Source of the DNA: Clostridiales bacterium
Lineage (GTDB): Bacteria > Bacillota > Clostridia > Christensenellales > Aristaeellaceae
Length of the DNA stretch: 64,000 nt
Direction: 5' to 3'
NCBI GenBank assembly: GCA_012517815.1
Contig: JAAYUF010000050.1
Location: forward strand, 5,941 to 69,940
Part shown: positions 9,801 to 17,135 of the stretch, in pieces
How positions within the stretch are numbered: position 1 is the first letter of the stretch
How the letters are laid out: every line of letters starts with the position of its first letter
Program-made: the position numbers and the translations under genes
Notes under the pieces: model-generated
Database searches by the model: none
What the model saw: the letters and a program-made list of their open reading frames with translations, nothing else
Told to the model about the DNA's origin: nothing

Positions 9801-10000
9801 CAGTTGCCGGTGGTGCCCAGAATGAGCACCGCCGTACCCGTATAGTAGGAACTCACGGTGCTGTAATCAAAGGAAGGGCCGGAACGCAGACGAAGCCAGC
9901 CGCCCGTAACATACCCATACTGCGAAAGCGCGGTCGACGTGGCAGGTACGGCCGCCAGCAGCAGCGCGATGACCAGCGCCAAAGATACTATCCGTTTCAT
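6875..10000 (-). CDS. secreted multidomain protein: signal peptide, 3 SH3b-like domains, about 7 Ig-like repeats, Thr/Glu/Pro-rich linker, terminal Ig-like repeat
   Basis: 1041 aa. Signal peptide MKRIVSLALVIALLLAAVPATSTALS. Three SH3b-like modules (G.LRLRSGPG..Y.V.G.Y..GT.V.V......W.KI..G...GYM). Repeated modules of about 85 aa (VT.V.L.....VG..L.A...P..ATV.Y.WY.......TYTVT..D.G..I.L.VTG.G.YTGS). No LPXTG, SLH or C-terminal TM segment seen. Confidence 0.85.
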   Translation of the reverse strand: MKRIVSLALVIALLLAAVPATSTALSQYGYVTGGWLRLRSGPSFDYSTVSSYYTGTAVLILGTTGNWYHVEAPDGNTGYMYASYITFSGGGTGTAYVTSANGYGVRLRSGPGTGYSILGVYSVGTAVTVLQTGTYWSKIQIGSRVGYMMNKFLTTSSGGGGTSGDTATIWSANGYGVRLRTGPGTGYAVIGVYSVGTLVTVITHGSTWDYISVGSRTGYMMNEFLHYSSSTVVTAVTLNNTTPVVGSVLSASSITPSGATVDYAWYAGTSLAATTATYTVTSGDVGQQIKLTVTGNGSYTGSATSALTSPVVAGTAVTGVTLNNDAPVVGDVLRAATLTPTGATVSYEWYVGGVLVGTGSTYTVASADLYQTVRLKVTGAGLYTGSAEVTAANLVQATGTVSGVEITNSTNASTTGVDYPNVGDTLVATPTPATATATYRWTYSDDTTTVLSTASQMVVTSGMVGRTLMITITGSGNYSGTATDTTGTVVSKTNITGLTLSTSTPKYDPDASSNLLTATVLAGSTDVSASCTFSWYRGATLVATATTANYTLTDADRGSLLTVTATASSASSYSGTLSRTTTSTVKQKLTGVEISGSSSSTAGHVVVGDTLTPSLDGGTTTANTVIATYTWTLNGASSSTLSYAVPAGDVAGDTLTLSVVGKGDYYTDAALTDTATVDAREITAVTFSSASPVAGDTLTASIVPSTASATYTWLGNGTSYSGSSITVNAADIGHTITLTVTPGAGYTGEASVLVQTTGTVIAKTFTAVFFGTFAPGETIQVSTDLPTASLDRISWSLDGSVYHVGTEKSLLLPADSAGKDLTATVYGKGNYAGSTYDIPAQAIATDVSTATTLSFIFESEEPETEEPTVTDSATPTETATETATDTATDTPTETATDTVTDTPTETATDTVTDTPTETATDSASPEVTESTTPEVTVSESPEVTTTTEVTTTPEVTYSVTFSYSPSTIAEGTVITAVPSPSDSATGIVWYLDGVALSLPTDQFDYTVTADDVAANSTLRAEVTFASSDTASASVSLGAAGE
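7251..7358. repeat. 36-bp in-frame tandem repeat (3 copies plus degenerate flanks about 7233..7385) inside the secreted-protein gene
   Basis: Unit tccgtcggggtatcggtcaccgtgtcggtcgccgtt starts at 7251, 7287 and 7323. It encodes the TETATDTVTDTP linker repeats. Confidence 0.9.
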
Positions 10001-10078
10001 TGCGGATCCCCCCGTTTGATATTGGAGATTTCATTGGATAGGACGAATGCAAATCGTCAAATCATCCCGATCAAAGGA

Positions 10079-10107
10079 ATTGTACAACATTTTCAAGGGC
10101 TTGGCAA
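10079..10107 (-). promoter_or_regulatory. candidate promoter of the secreted-protein gene
   Basis: Minus strand reads TTGCCA (10107..10102), a 17-nt spacer, then TACAAT (10084..10079), about 80 nt upstream of ATG 10000. Confidence 0.5.
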
Positions 10108-10281
10108 TGACCGCAGGCCCGCGACCGTGTGATGGTTGCGTGAAATTTCAAGGTTTCGGGCGTCCCGCAGGCGTCGCCGTAGCAACGCAAGGGCCAGACC
10201 GAGGGGCGCCCGTCAACCCGGCGGGGCGTTCGGCGCTCCGTTTGCGCCCGGGCCCACGGTACGCGGCCCACCCGGACAGCG

Positions 10282-10306
10282 AAAAACCGGCGCCCCGCGG
10301 CGCCGG
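10282..10306 (-). terminator. candidate rho-independent terminator downstream of the SIS-ROK-PfkB operon
   Basis: 8-bp stem ccggcgcc / ggcgccgg with loop ccgc. On the minus strand it is followed by TTTTT (10286..10282). It lies about 245 nt after the stop at 10552. Confidence 0.55.
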
Positions 10307-10551
10307 TCCGGACCGTTGGCAAACCCATGCGGGCGACTCACGCCGCTCGCCTCAAAGCCCTTCGGGCTGTTTGCTTACTTGAGCAAAGTGCTTCGGCATA
10401 AGGCTTTGGAGTTCCGCGTCAAACCCCGCAAGGGTTGTCTCCGGTTCGCTTTCAGATCGCTGATGCGGCCACAGGCCGCGCGCTTCCCTCCGCCGTCCCT
10501 GACCCCCCTTGCGCTGCGCCGGGGGGTTTTCGGCACTCCGGCCCGGTTGCC

Positions 10552-11127
10552 TTATCCCAGCAGTTCCTGATGGTCCTTCAGGTAGCAGACGATCATGTGC
10601 AGGATGATCAGGTGCACGTCCTCCACCCGCTCGTAGCTTTCCATGCGCGCCACCAGCGAAGCGTCCGCCATCGACGCGATTTGCCCGCCCGAGAAGCCGG
10701 ACAGGGCGATCAGCCTGCAGCCCAGCTCCCGCGCGTATTCGCAGGCGCGCACCACGTTTGGCGAGTTGCCGCTGGCGCTTACGGCGATGGCGACGTCGCC
10801 CGTCCGCATCAGGTTGATCAGCTGCTGGCGGAACACTTCCTCATAGGCGATGTCGTTGCCCAGAGCCGTGATTTTTTCCACATTGTCGCTCAGCGACAGC
10901 ACGCGGAAACGTCGCTTGTCGCCCTTCACGGCGTTTTTGCCGAAATCGCACACGAAGTGGTTGGCGGTACCGGCGCTGCCGCCGTTGCCGAAGATGAAAA
11001 CCTGATGATCCCCCCTGTAGGCCTCGATCAGCATGCCGATCGCGCGCTCCAGCGCGTCCCCGTCGATCGCCTGAATCGCCTGTTGCAACTCCGCCTGATA
11101 CGCGGTCATCATTTCCCGTACATCCAT
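10552..11127 (-). CDS. SIS-domain sugar-phosphate isomerase, GmhA (sedoheptulose-7-phosphate isomerase)-like
   Basis: 191 aa. Collinear with GmhA: FIFGNGGSAGTANHF, ALGNDIAYEEVF, GDVAIAVSASGNSPNV, LSGFSGG, ERVEDVHLIILH. Confidence 0.75.
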   Translation of the reverse strand: MDVREMMTAYQAELQQAIQAIDGDALERAIGMLIEAYRGDHQVFIFGNGGSAGTANHFVCDFGKNAVKGDKRRFRVLSLSDNVEKITALGNDIAYEEVFRQQLINLMRTGDVAIAVSASGNSPNVVRACEYARELGCRLIALSGFSGGQIASMADASLVARMESYERVEDVHLIILHMIVCYLKDHQELLG

Positions 11128-11130
11128 GGT

Positions 11131-12060
11131 TTATACCGCCTTTCCGTGATAGCCGTATCGCCCTTCCGGGCCGCAGATCGCCAGCGCGGCCGCGCCCAGC
11201 AGCCCGCCGTAATATCCCAGCGGCGTGGGCCCCAGCCTGAGCCGCGGGTTGGCCGCCTGATACACATGGGCGGTCACGGTTTCCTCCAGCGAGGCCTGAT
11301 AGAGATCGTAGGCCAGCGAAAGTCCGCCGCCGATGATCACGCGCTCGGGGCTGAGAATGTTGACCGCCGCGCCGATAACCCGGCCCAGGTATTCGCCTTC
11401 CCGGCGGAAGACTTCCCGCGCGGCCGCTTCGCCCTCCCGCGCGCGCCGGGCGATTTCAACGCCCTCCAGGGGAGCGCCCGTCAGCTCCGCGTACGTCCGG
11501 GACATACCCGGCCCCGCGGCGTAGGCTTCCAGGCAACCCTGCCTGCCGCATTTGCAGGCGCGCCCGCCTTCCACTACGGTCACATGCCCAAACTCGCCCG
11601 CCGCGCCGGAGCCGTACAGCAGGCGGCCGTCCGAAACCATCGCGCCGCCTACGCCGTTGGAGACCGTCAGGTAGAGAAAGTGATCGGTATCCTTCGCCAT
11701 GCCGAAGAGTTTTTCCGCCAGCGCGCAGGCTTTGGCGTCGTTTTCGCCATACGCCGGAAGGCCGAACGCCTCCCGCAGCAGGCGGGTAATCGGCAGGTTG
11801 CGGATGCCCGAAAAGCTGGCCTCCACCCACAACCCTTCCTCCGCCCGCGCCAGCCCCGGGATGGTCACGCCGATCACATCCGGGATGAACTGGGGATACG
11901 CCGCCGTGAGCGCGCGCCCGGCTTGCGTGAGCGACCGCACCACGCCTTCCGGCGAGAGCGCCCTCCACACATCGCGCCGGGAGCACAGAACGTCGCCGCG
12001 CCCGTCGACCATGCCTACCACATACTTGGAACCGCCGATATCAAAGCACAGCGCGATCAT
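11131..12060 (-). CDS. ROK family sugar kinase
   Basis: 309 aa. N-terminal FDIGGSK phosphate loop and the ROK zinc motif CKCGRQGCLEAY. No HTH domain. Confidence 0.85.
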   Translation of the reverse strand: MIALCFDIGGSKYVVGMVDGRGDVLCSRRDVWRALSPEGVVRSLTQAGRALTAAYPQFIPDVIGVTIPGLARAEEGLWVEASFSGIRNLPITRLLREAFGLPAYGENDAKACALAEKLFGMAKDTDHFLYLTVSNGVGGAMVSDGRLLYGSGAAGEFGHVTVVEGGRACKCGRQGCLEAYAAGPGMSRTYAELTGAPLEGVEIARRAREGEAAAREVFRREGEYLGRVIGAAVNILSPERVIIGGGLSLAYDLYQASLEETVTAHVYQAANPRLRLGPTPLGYYGGLLGAAALAICGPEGRYGYHGKAV

Positions 12061-13061
12061 GCGTCGGCCTCAAACTGCTCGTGGTACAGCGCGAGCATTT
12101 CTTCCCGGGTCGCGGTGCCGGTGGTGCCCAGCTTGCGCACCGTGACGCCGCCCGCCAGATTGCCCACGAACGCGGCTTCCTCCAGCGTCGCGCCCGCGCA
12201 CAGGGCGCTGACCAGCGCGGCCGTGGTTCCGTCGCCCGCGCCGCACACGTCGATAGGCCCGGTTTGCCTGGCGGCCGGCATCACCGTACCGTCCCCCGCG
12301 GCGATGCCATCCTTGCCCAGGGTGATGAACACGGGGCGGCCGGTGCGGCCGCGCAGTTTCGCCATGGCGTCCGAAAGCGGCAGTTCTTCGCCCAGGGCCT
12401 TCATCGCCTCACCATGGTTACACTTGATCATCACCCGGCGAAACGCCGCGATGCGTTCCCGCGAATCCGCGTAGAGCTTCAGCGCCGGAAACCGATCGCC
12501 CAGTTCCGCCAGCTTGTCGCGGATGCGCGTAGTAACCACGCCGGTATCGGTTTCCGTCAGTTGGTCCAGCACGATCATCGCGTCCGTTTCCGGGGCCAGC
12601 GCTTCCAGCGAGCGGATCCAGCGGTCCTCCACCCAGCGGGGCATGTGCAGCCGGTTTTTCACATCCAGCCGGTTGCCCTCCTCCAAATGGTCGCCGCGGT
12701 CAAACATCGGCTTCATGTAGCAGGGGGTCATCCGTTCGGGCACGATCTGCATGTGCGTGATGTCCACGCCCTGCTGCTCCAGCTGGCGGCGCAGGGTCCA
12801 GCCGCTGCCGTCCTCGCCGGTAAAGCCGACCGCGATGCGGCGCCCGACCCCCATGGTATACAGGTTGTTAAGCACCGTGCCGGCAGCGCCGGGGCTGCTG
12901 TGGATGCGGGTCACCTGCCACGCCGTGCGTCCCGTTTCCACGGAAGGTTCATCCAGCGCGGGATCGATGTGGTACCACTGATCCAGAAACAGATCCCCCA
13001 CCACCGCGACGCGCAGCTCATCAAAACGGGAAAACAGCTCTTCCAGCCGTTGCAGCTTCAC
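12057..13061 (-). CDS. PfkB-family carbohydrate kinase resembling the HldE/RfaE kinase domain (heptose-7-phosphate kinase-like)
   Basis: Start placed at GTG 13061, overlapping the upstream stop (GTGA). Motifs VAVVGDLFLDQWYHIDP...SPGAAGTVLNNL and C-terminal DVCGAGDGTTAALVSAL...AAFVGNLAGGVTVRKLGTTG match RfaE domain I. The track ORF is 84 codons longer upstream. Confidence 0.75.
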   Translation of the reverse strand: MKLQRLEELFSRFDELRVAVVGDLFLDQWYHIDPALDEPSVETGRTAWQVTRIHSSPGAAGTVLNNLYTMGVGRRIAVGFTGEDGSGWTLRRQLEQQGVDITHMQIVPERMTPCYMKPMFDRGDHLEEGNRLDVKNRLHMPRWVEDRWIRSLEALAPETDAMIVLDQLTETDTGVVTTRIRDKLAELGDRFPALKLYADSRERIAAFRRVMIKCNHGEAMKALGEELPLSDAMAKLRGRTGRPVFITLGKDGIAAGDGTVMPAARQTGPIDVCGAGDGTTAALVSALCAGATLEEAAFVGNLAGGVTVRKLGTTGTATREEMLALYHEQFEADA

Positions 13062-14026
13062 GCCTGTTCCCCCCTGAGCAGCAGTTTTGCCAGATACCCG
13101 ACGGTATCCCGGTGCCGGCCTTCCACGTAGAAGCTCTCGCCGCCGTCGGCCACCGTGCGCGCCATGATGGTTTTCCACGGCCGGAAATAGTAGCGGGGGT
13201 CGGATTTGGCCGGTTCCTCGTGTACGTCCTTGCCTTCCAGCGGCAGCAGGTCCAACACCGCGGTGGTGAAATGCCGGATGGCGCGCCCTTCCTGCTTGGC
13301 CGCGTTGCGGCACATGGAAAGCGCCTTCAAGTACACTTCCGGGCCGATCACCGCGGAGCCGAAGTTGAGGAAAACCCCGCCTTCCAGATGGTCCACGGTG
13401 TTGCAGTAGATCAGGAAATCCTGATAGGTTGCCTTGCCGATGGCCGCGCCGTCGGCGTTGGGCTGCTCGTGGACGATATCGCAGCCAATGCCCACATGGA
13501 TGGTCACGGGAATTTGCAGGCGGTAGCCCGCCGCCAACAGGCTGATGTCCCTGTGAGGGAAGTTGTTCTCCCAGATGTACTTACCCAGCGATTCTCCAAA
13601 GCCCAGCCCTTCCTGTGCGCCGCGGTTCACGGCCTCGTTGTACAGGCCGTCCTCCTGCCACAGGCCGAACTGCCCCTCGCGGATGTAGCGCGCCACGCTC
13701 TCGGTGGTGGCGCCGATCAGCGCCAGCTCAAAATCGTGAATGCCGCCGGCCCCGTTCATGGCAAAGTGCGTGATCCACCCTTCCTCCATCAGGCGGATGA
13801 GCAGGGGCGCGGCGCCCGCGCGGATCACGTGCGCGCCCATCATCATCAGCACGGCCGCGCCCTTGCTGCGCGCTTCGCGGATGCGTTGCGCCAGAATGGC
13901 GAGGGTCGGGTGGCTGTAGTCCGAGGCGTCCTCCAGGCTCATCATATCGCTCAGATCCAGGTCGTGCACCCGCTGGGCAATGGGCAGCAGGCGCAGCCGC
14001 GACCGGTCAAACTGTGGAAAAGGCAT
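13058..14026 (-). CDS. deoxyhypusine-synthase-like fold protein, function unknown
   Basis: 322 aa. FAMNGAGGIHDFELAL, LLAAGYRLQIPVTIHVGIGCDI and LNFGSAVIGPEVYLKAL parallel the DHS TTAGGVEEDL / IPVF.PALTDG / GGGV.KHH blocks. The coding call is secure. The family assignment rests on my own by-eye motif comparison only. Confidence 0.45.
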   Translation of the reverse strand: MPFPQFDRSRLRLLPIAQRVHDLDLSDMMSLEDASDYSHPTLAILAQRIREARSKGAAVLMMMGAHVIRAGAAPLLIRLMEEGWITHFAMNGAGGIHDFELALIGATTESVARYIREGQFGLWQEDGLYNEAVNRGAQEGLGFGESLGKYIWENNFPHRDISLLAAGYRLQIPVTIHVGIGCDIVHEQPNADGAAIGKATYQDFLIYCNTVDHLEGGVFLNFGSAVIGPEVYLKALSMCRNAAKQEGRAIRHFTTAVLDLLPLEGKDVHEEPAKSDPRYYFRPWKTIMARTVADGGESFYVEGRHRDTVGYLAKLLLRGEQA

Positions 14027-14046
14027 AAGGGCATCTCCCTTCCGTT

Positions 14047-14862
14047 TTATTTACCGAACAGGCGGCGCTCCAGCTCGCCAATCTGGCCGTAGTCCGGGAT
14101 GATGGCGTCCGCGCCGGCGCGGATCAGGCGTTCCCGCTTCCAAGCGTCGATGCCCTTGCGCTCCGCCTCGTTGGAGGCGACGCCCACGGCATATCCGCCC
14201 ACTTCCCGCACGTTTTCGATCTCCACATACCCGTCGCCAAACCCCAGCAGTTCCTCGCCGGACAGGCCGTTCATGCGGATCATCCGCTCGATGACCATCT
14301 TCTTGGAAAAGGTTCTGTAATCGGTTTGCGCGCCGTAGATATGGACGCCGAAGTATTTTGTGAGCCCCAGCAGCGACGCTTCCCGCAGCACGTCCTCCTC
14401 GTCGGTGCCGCTGGCCAGAAAGGGGGTGACTCCCTCGCGGACCAGCATGTCCAGCAGGTCGTACGTGCCGGGCACCGTCAGCGTCGCCGGATCGATCGTC
14501 CCCTTGCGAAGGCCCTTCAGGCGGTTCTCAATCCTCTGAAGCAGACGGCGCAGGTATTCGTCCTTATACGCCTGCGGGGATTGAGGTTCGCCGCCCATGC
14601 GGGTGATTTCCTCCCCCAGTGCGATGCACTGGTAGATGGTCTGCTTGCCGGTGTGAAGGAAAACCATCTCCCGTGCCTGCCGCTCCAGCGCTTCCTGCGG
14701 CAGACGCCTGCCTTCCGGGGTGGCCGCCAGTTCCTCGGTAAAGTAGGGCACCATGATCTGCTGCCATCCCTCGCGGATCAGGCTGACGGTGCCGTCAAAG
14801 TCCAGCACCGCGTAGCGGAAAGGCAGGTTCCCCCGTCTTTCCCGTATCGATTCCCAGTACAC
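14047..14862 (-). CDS. HAD-superfamily phosphatase (subfamily IA-like, with cap domain)
   Basis: 271 aa. Motif I VLDFDGTVS, motif II ASGT, motifs III/IV K...GFGDGYVE. GTG start behind GGAGGAAAC. Confidence 0.85.
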   Translation of the reverse strand: MYWESIRERRGNLPFRYAVLDFDGTVSLIREGWQQIMVPYFTEELAATPEGRRLPQEALERQAREMVFLHTGKQTIYQCIALGEEITRMGGEPQSPQAYKDEYLRRLLQRIENRLKGLRKGTIDPATLTVPGTYDLLDMLVREGVTPFLASGTDEEDVLREASLLGLTKYFGVHIYGAQTDYRTFSKKMVIERMIRMNGLSGEELLGFGDGYVEIENVREVGGYAVGVASNEAERKGIDAWKRERLIRAGADAIIPDYGQIGELERRLFGK

Positions 14863-14879
14863 GTTTCCTCCGTTCCGCC

Positions 14880-14908
14880 TTGACAGGCAATCCGATGCTT
14901 GTTACAAT
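14880..14908 (+). promoter_or_regulatory. promoter of the ROK-family regulator gene (divergent from the HAD operon)
   Basis: TTGACA (14880..14885), a 17-nt spacer, then TACAAT (14903..14908). Confidence 0.6.
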
Positions 14909-14949
14909 AGGAACACTTCATTCATCCACGGAAATAAGTTTGATGAAAG

Positions 14950-16146
14950 TTGCGGATAAAAATGGGCGTCCAAAATGAAACGCAAACCTTTGTGAAAACG
15001 GCGCATCTGGTAACCATCCTGCAGCTGATCCACCGCCAGCCCGGTATCTCGCGGCCGGAGCTGTGCAAGCGGACCGGTCTGATGCCCTCCACCATGCACG
15101 TCGCCATCGTCAAGCTCATGGCGGACGGGCTGATCGTAACCCAGGGCATGGCGGCCTCCAACGGCGGCCGCCGCGCCAACCAGTATCGCCTCGCGCCCGG
15201 CATCGGCTGTGTCGGCAGCATCAGCATCCGCCTCAACCGCATGGAGGCCGGGGTGTTCGACCTTTCGCTGCAGATGCTGGCCAGGGAGGAGATCGAGCTT
15301 TCCCTGGCCACGCTCGGGCCCGAAACCTACACCGGTCAGGCGGTGCAGCTGCTGGAGCGCTGCATGGCCCAGATCCGCCTGCCGCGGGAAAAGCTGCTGG
15401 GCGTCGGCGTTACCCTGCCCGGCCCTGTGGATACGCGCACCGGCGTGATCCAGCAGATCAGCGGCGCGCCCAAGTGGCGGCAGTTCCCCATGGGAGAACG
15501 CCTGCGTCAGGCGCTTAACTGCCCTATCGTCACGGACAAGGATGTGTACGCCGCGCTCGTGCTGCTGACACAGACGGGCCAGATACAGTACCCCGGCTCC
15601 TGCGCCTACCTGTCCATCTGCGAGGGCATCGGCTCGGCGCTGATGGTCAACGGGCAGGTCTACCGCGGCAGCAACAGCCTGGCCGGCGAAATCGGGCATC
15701 TGCCCGTCCGCAAGGACGGCATCCCCTGCGCCTGCGGCAACACCGGCTGTCTGGAGCTGTACTGTTCCGATATCGGCATCGTGCAGCAATACAACGCGCA
15801 ATCCAGCTCCAAGCAAACCACGGTGGCGCAGGTGCTCGCCCTCGCGCAGGGCGGGGATGTGACCGCCTCGCGCGTGATTTCGCAGGCCATCAGCTATCTG
15901 GTGGATACCACCGCCACGATCATCATGACCTACGATCCACAGGAACTGGTCATCTTCTGCACCTGGCTGCAAAACCAGCGCGGCCTGTATTTCTGGATGC
16001 TGGACACGCTGTACGCGAAGTCCATTTTCACCCAGCAGCGCGCCGCGCGCATTCGCCTGCTGGCGGAAGACCCCCTGAACCTGAGCGCCGCCGCGGCCCT
16101 GGCGGTACAGCAGGCGCTGGAAGCGGCCGTCGTCAATCCATCTTAA
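14950..16146 (+). CDS. ROK family transcriptional regulator (NagC/XylR-like)
   Basis: 398 aa. N-terminal winged helix ILQLIHRQPGISRPELCKRTGLMPSTMHVAIVKLMADGLI plus a ROK domain with CACGNTGCLELY. The start is uncertain (TTG 14950 or ATG 14962). The 3' end overlaps the convergent gene by 14 nt. Confidence 0.85.
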   Translation: MRIKMGVQNETQTFVKTAHLVTILQLIHRQPGISRPELCKRTGLMPSTMHVAIVKLMADGLIVTQGMAASNGGRRANQYRLAPGIGCVGSISIRLNRMEAGVFDLSLQMLAREEIELSLATLGPETYTGQAVQLLERCMAQIRLPREKLLGVGVTLPGPVDTRTGVIQQISGAPKWRQFPMGERLRQALNCPIVTDKDVYAALVLLTQTGQIQYPGSCAYLSICEGIGSALMVNGQVYRGSNSLAGEIGHLPVRKDGIPCACGNTGCLELYCSDIGIVQQYNAQSSSKQTTVAQVLALAQGGDVTASRVISQAISYLVDTTATIIMTYDPQELVIFCTWLQNQRGLYFWMLDTLYAKSIFTQQRAARIRLLAEDPLNLSAAAALAVQQALEAAVVNPS

Positions 16147-17122
16147 GCGCGGCGTCAAACCCCACGGCCGACGGGCTGAAGTTGAGGCGGCGCGCGTACG
16201 CCAGCGCCTCGGTCGCGCCGTGGATGCGCTCCATGCCGCTGTCCTCCCACTCCACGCACAGCGGGCCGGCATAGCCCATCTGGTTCAGCTCGCGGATGAT
16301 GCCTTCAAAGTCGACGTCGCCGTGCCCGAGGGATACGAAGTTCCAGCCCCGGCGGGTGTCGCCGAACTCGATGTGCGAGCCCAGCACCCCGGAGCGACCG
16401 TCCCGGTTCAGGCGCACGTCCTTCAAGTGCACGTGATACACCTGCCCGGCAAAGTCGCGCAGAAAAACCGTCGGGTCGACGCCCTGCCACAGCAGGTGGC
16501 TGGGATCGAAGTTGAGGCCGAGCGTGGGCCGGTATTCCAGCGTTTCCAGCAGGCGCCTGGTGGAGTAGTAGTCAAACGCGATTTCCGTCGGGTGCACTTC
16601 CAGCGCCAGCTTCACACCGCAGCGGTCATACTCGTCAAAGATCGGCGACCACAGTTCCCGGATGCGCTGAAAGCCCGCCTCCACCATTTCCGGCGTGGTT
16701 TGCGGGAAAGAGTACCAGAAGGCCCAGATCGGGCTGCCCAAAAAGCAGGTGACCACCTTCACGTCCAGCAGTCGGGCGGCTTGGGCGATGGTTTTCATCC
16801 TTGCGGTCGCCCACTGGCGAATCGCCTCCGGGTTGCCCTTCACCTTCGCCGGCACAAAGTGATCCAGGCGCTCGTCGTAACGGTCGCCGACGCACTGCCC
16901 CGCCAGATGGCCGGACAGCGCGCCGATGCGCAGATCGTATTTTTGGAGCAGCGCCTGATACTGCCGGCGGTATTCCGGCTCCCCTGCGATCCGCTCCACG
17001 TCGACGTGCGCCTGCGTCGCGATTTCCAGTCCGTCGTAGCCGATGTCCCGCATGGTGCGGAACAGTTCCTCCGTCGGGAGGTCGCCAAATTGCCCGCTGC
17101 AAATGGTTACGGGTCGCTTCAT
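16133..17122 (-). CDS. sugar phosphate isomerase/epimerase (xylose-isomerase-like TIM barrel)
   Basis: Start at ATG 17122 (MKRPVTICSGQFGD...) behind AAGGGGG. Motifs GYDGLEI, ALEVHP, HVHLKD and WED are characteristic of the AP-endonuclease-2/xylose-isomerase-like TIM family. Confidence 0.85.
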   Translation of the reverse strand: MKRPVTICSGQFGDLPTEELFRTMRDIGYDGLEIATQAHVDVERIAGEPEYRRQYQALLQKYDLRIGALSGHLAGQCVGDRYDERLDHFVPAKVKGNPEAIRQWATARMKTIAQAARLLDVKVVTCFLGSPIWAFWYSFPQTTPEMVEAGFQRIRELWSPIFDEYDRCGVKLALEVHPTEIAFDYYSTRRLLETLEYRPTLGLNFDPSHLLWQGVDPTVFLRDFAGQVYHVHLKDVRLNRDGRSGVLGSHIEFGDTRRGWNFVSLGHGDVDFEGIIRELNQMGYAGPLCVEWEDSGMERIHGATEALAYARRLNFSPSAVGFDAALKMD

Positions 17123-17135
17123 CACCGCCGCCCCC

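Noticed and set aside
6650-10132. 1160-aa plus-strand ORF antisense to the SH3b/Ig-repeat gene
   Set aside because: The translation is Arg/Gly/Ala-rich and low-complexity, with no motifs. It is exactly antisense to a gene with a clear signal peptide and domain structure. This is a typical high-GC shadow ORF. The same reasoning applies to 1330..2748, 10435..12474, 17043..19202, 20724..21884, 36478..38334, 40674..42161, 55044..56351, 57246..59153 and 60905..62362.
10411-10437. 27-nt segment (gttccgcgtcaaaccccgcaagggttg) matching 28113..28139 at 24 of 27 positions, including an identical 17-mer; possible dispersed REP-like element
   Set aside because: Only two copies are visible and the flanks do not align. 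A 17-mer match in GC-biased sequence is only marginally beyond chance. Both copies lie in 3' spacers and can form a 5-bp hairpin with a CGCAA loop, so it merits a genome-wide search, but a repeat family cannot be claimed from this window.
12057-13313. 418-aa version of the PfkB kinase ORF, and similar long N-terminal extensions at 3776..4882, 16133..17188, 34815..36281, 36571..38205, 42149..42979, 42867..43955, 47486..49189, 49814..51181 and 55428..56576
   Set aside because: The extensions are Arg/Pro/Gly-rich, overlap the upstream gene, and bypass internal starts that have good Shine-Dalgarno sequences and family-typical N-termini. Shorter coordinates are reported instead.
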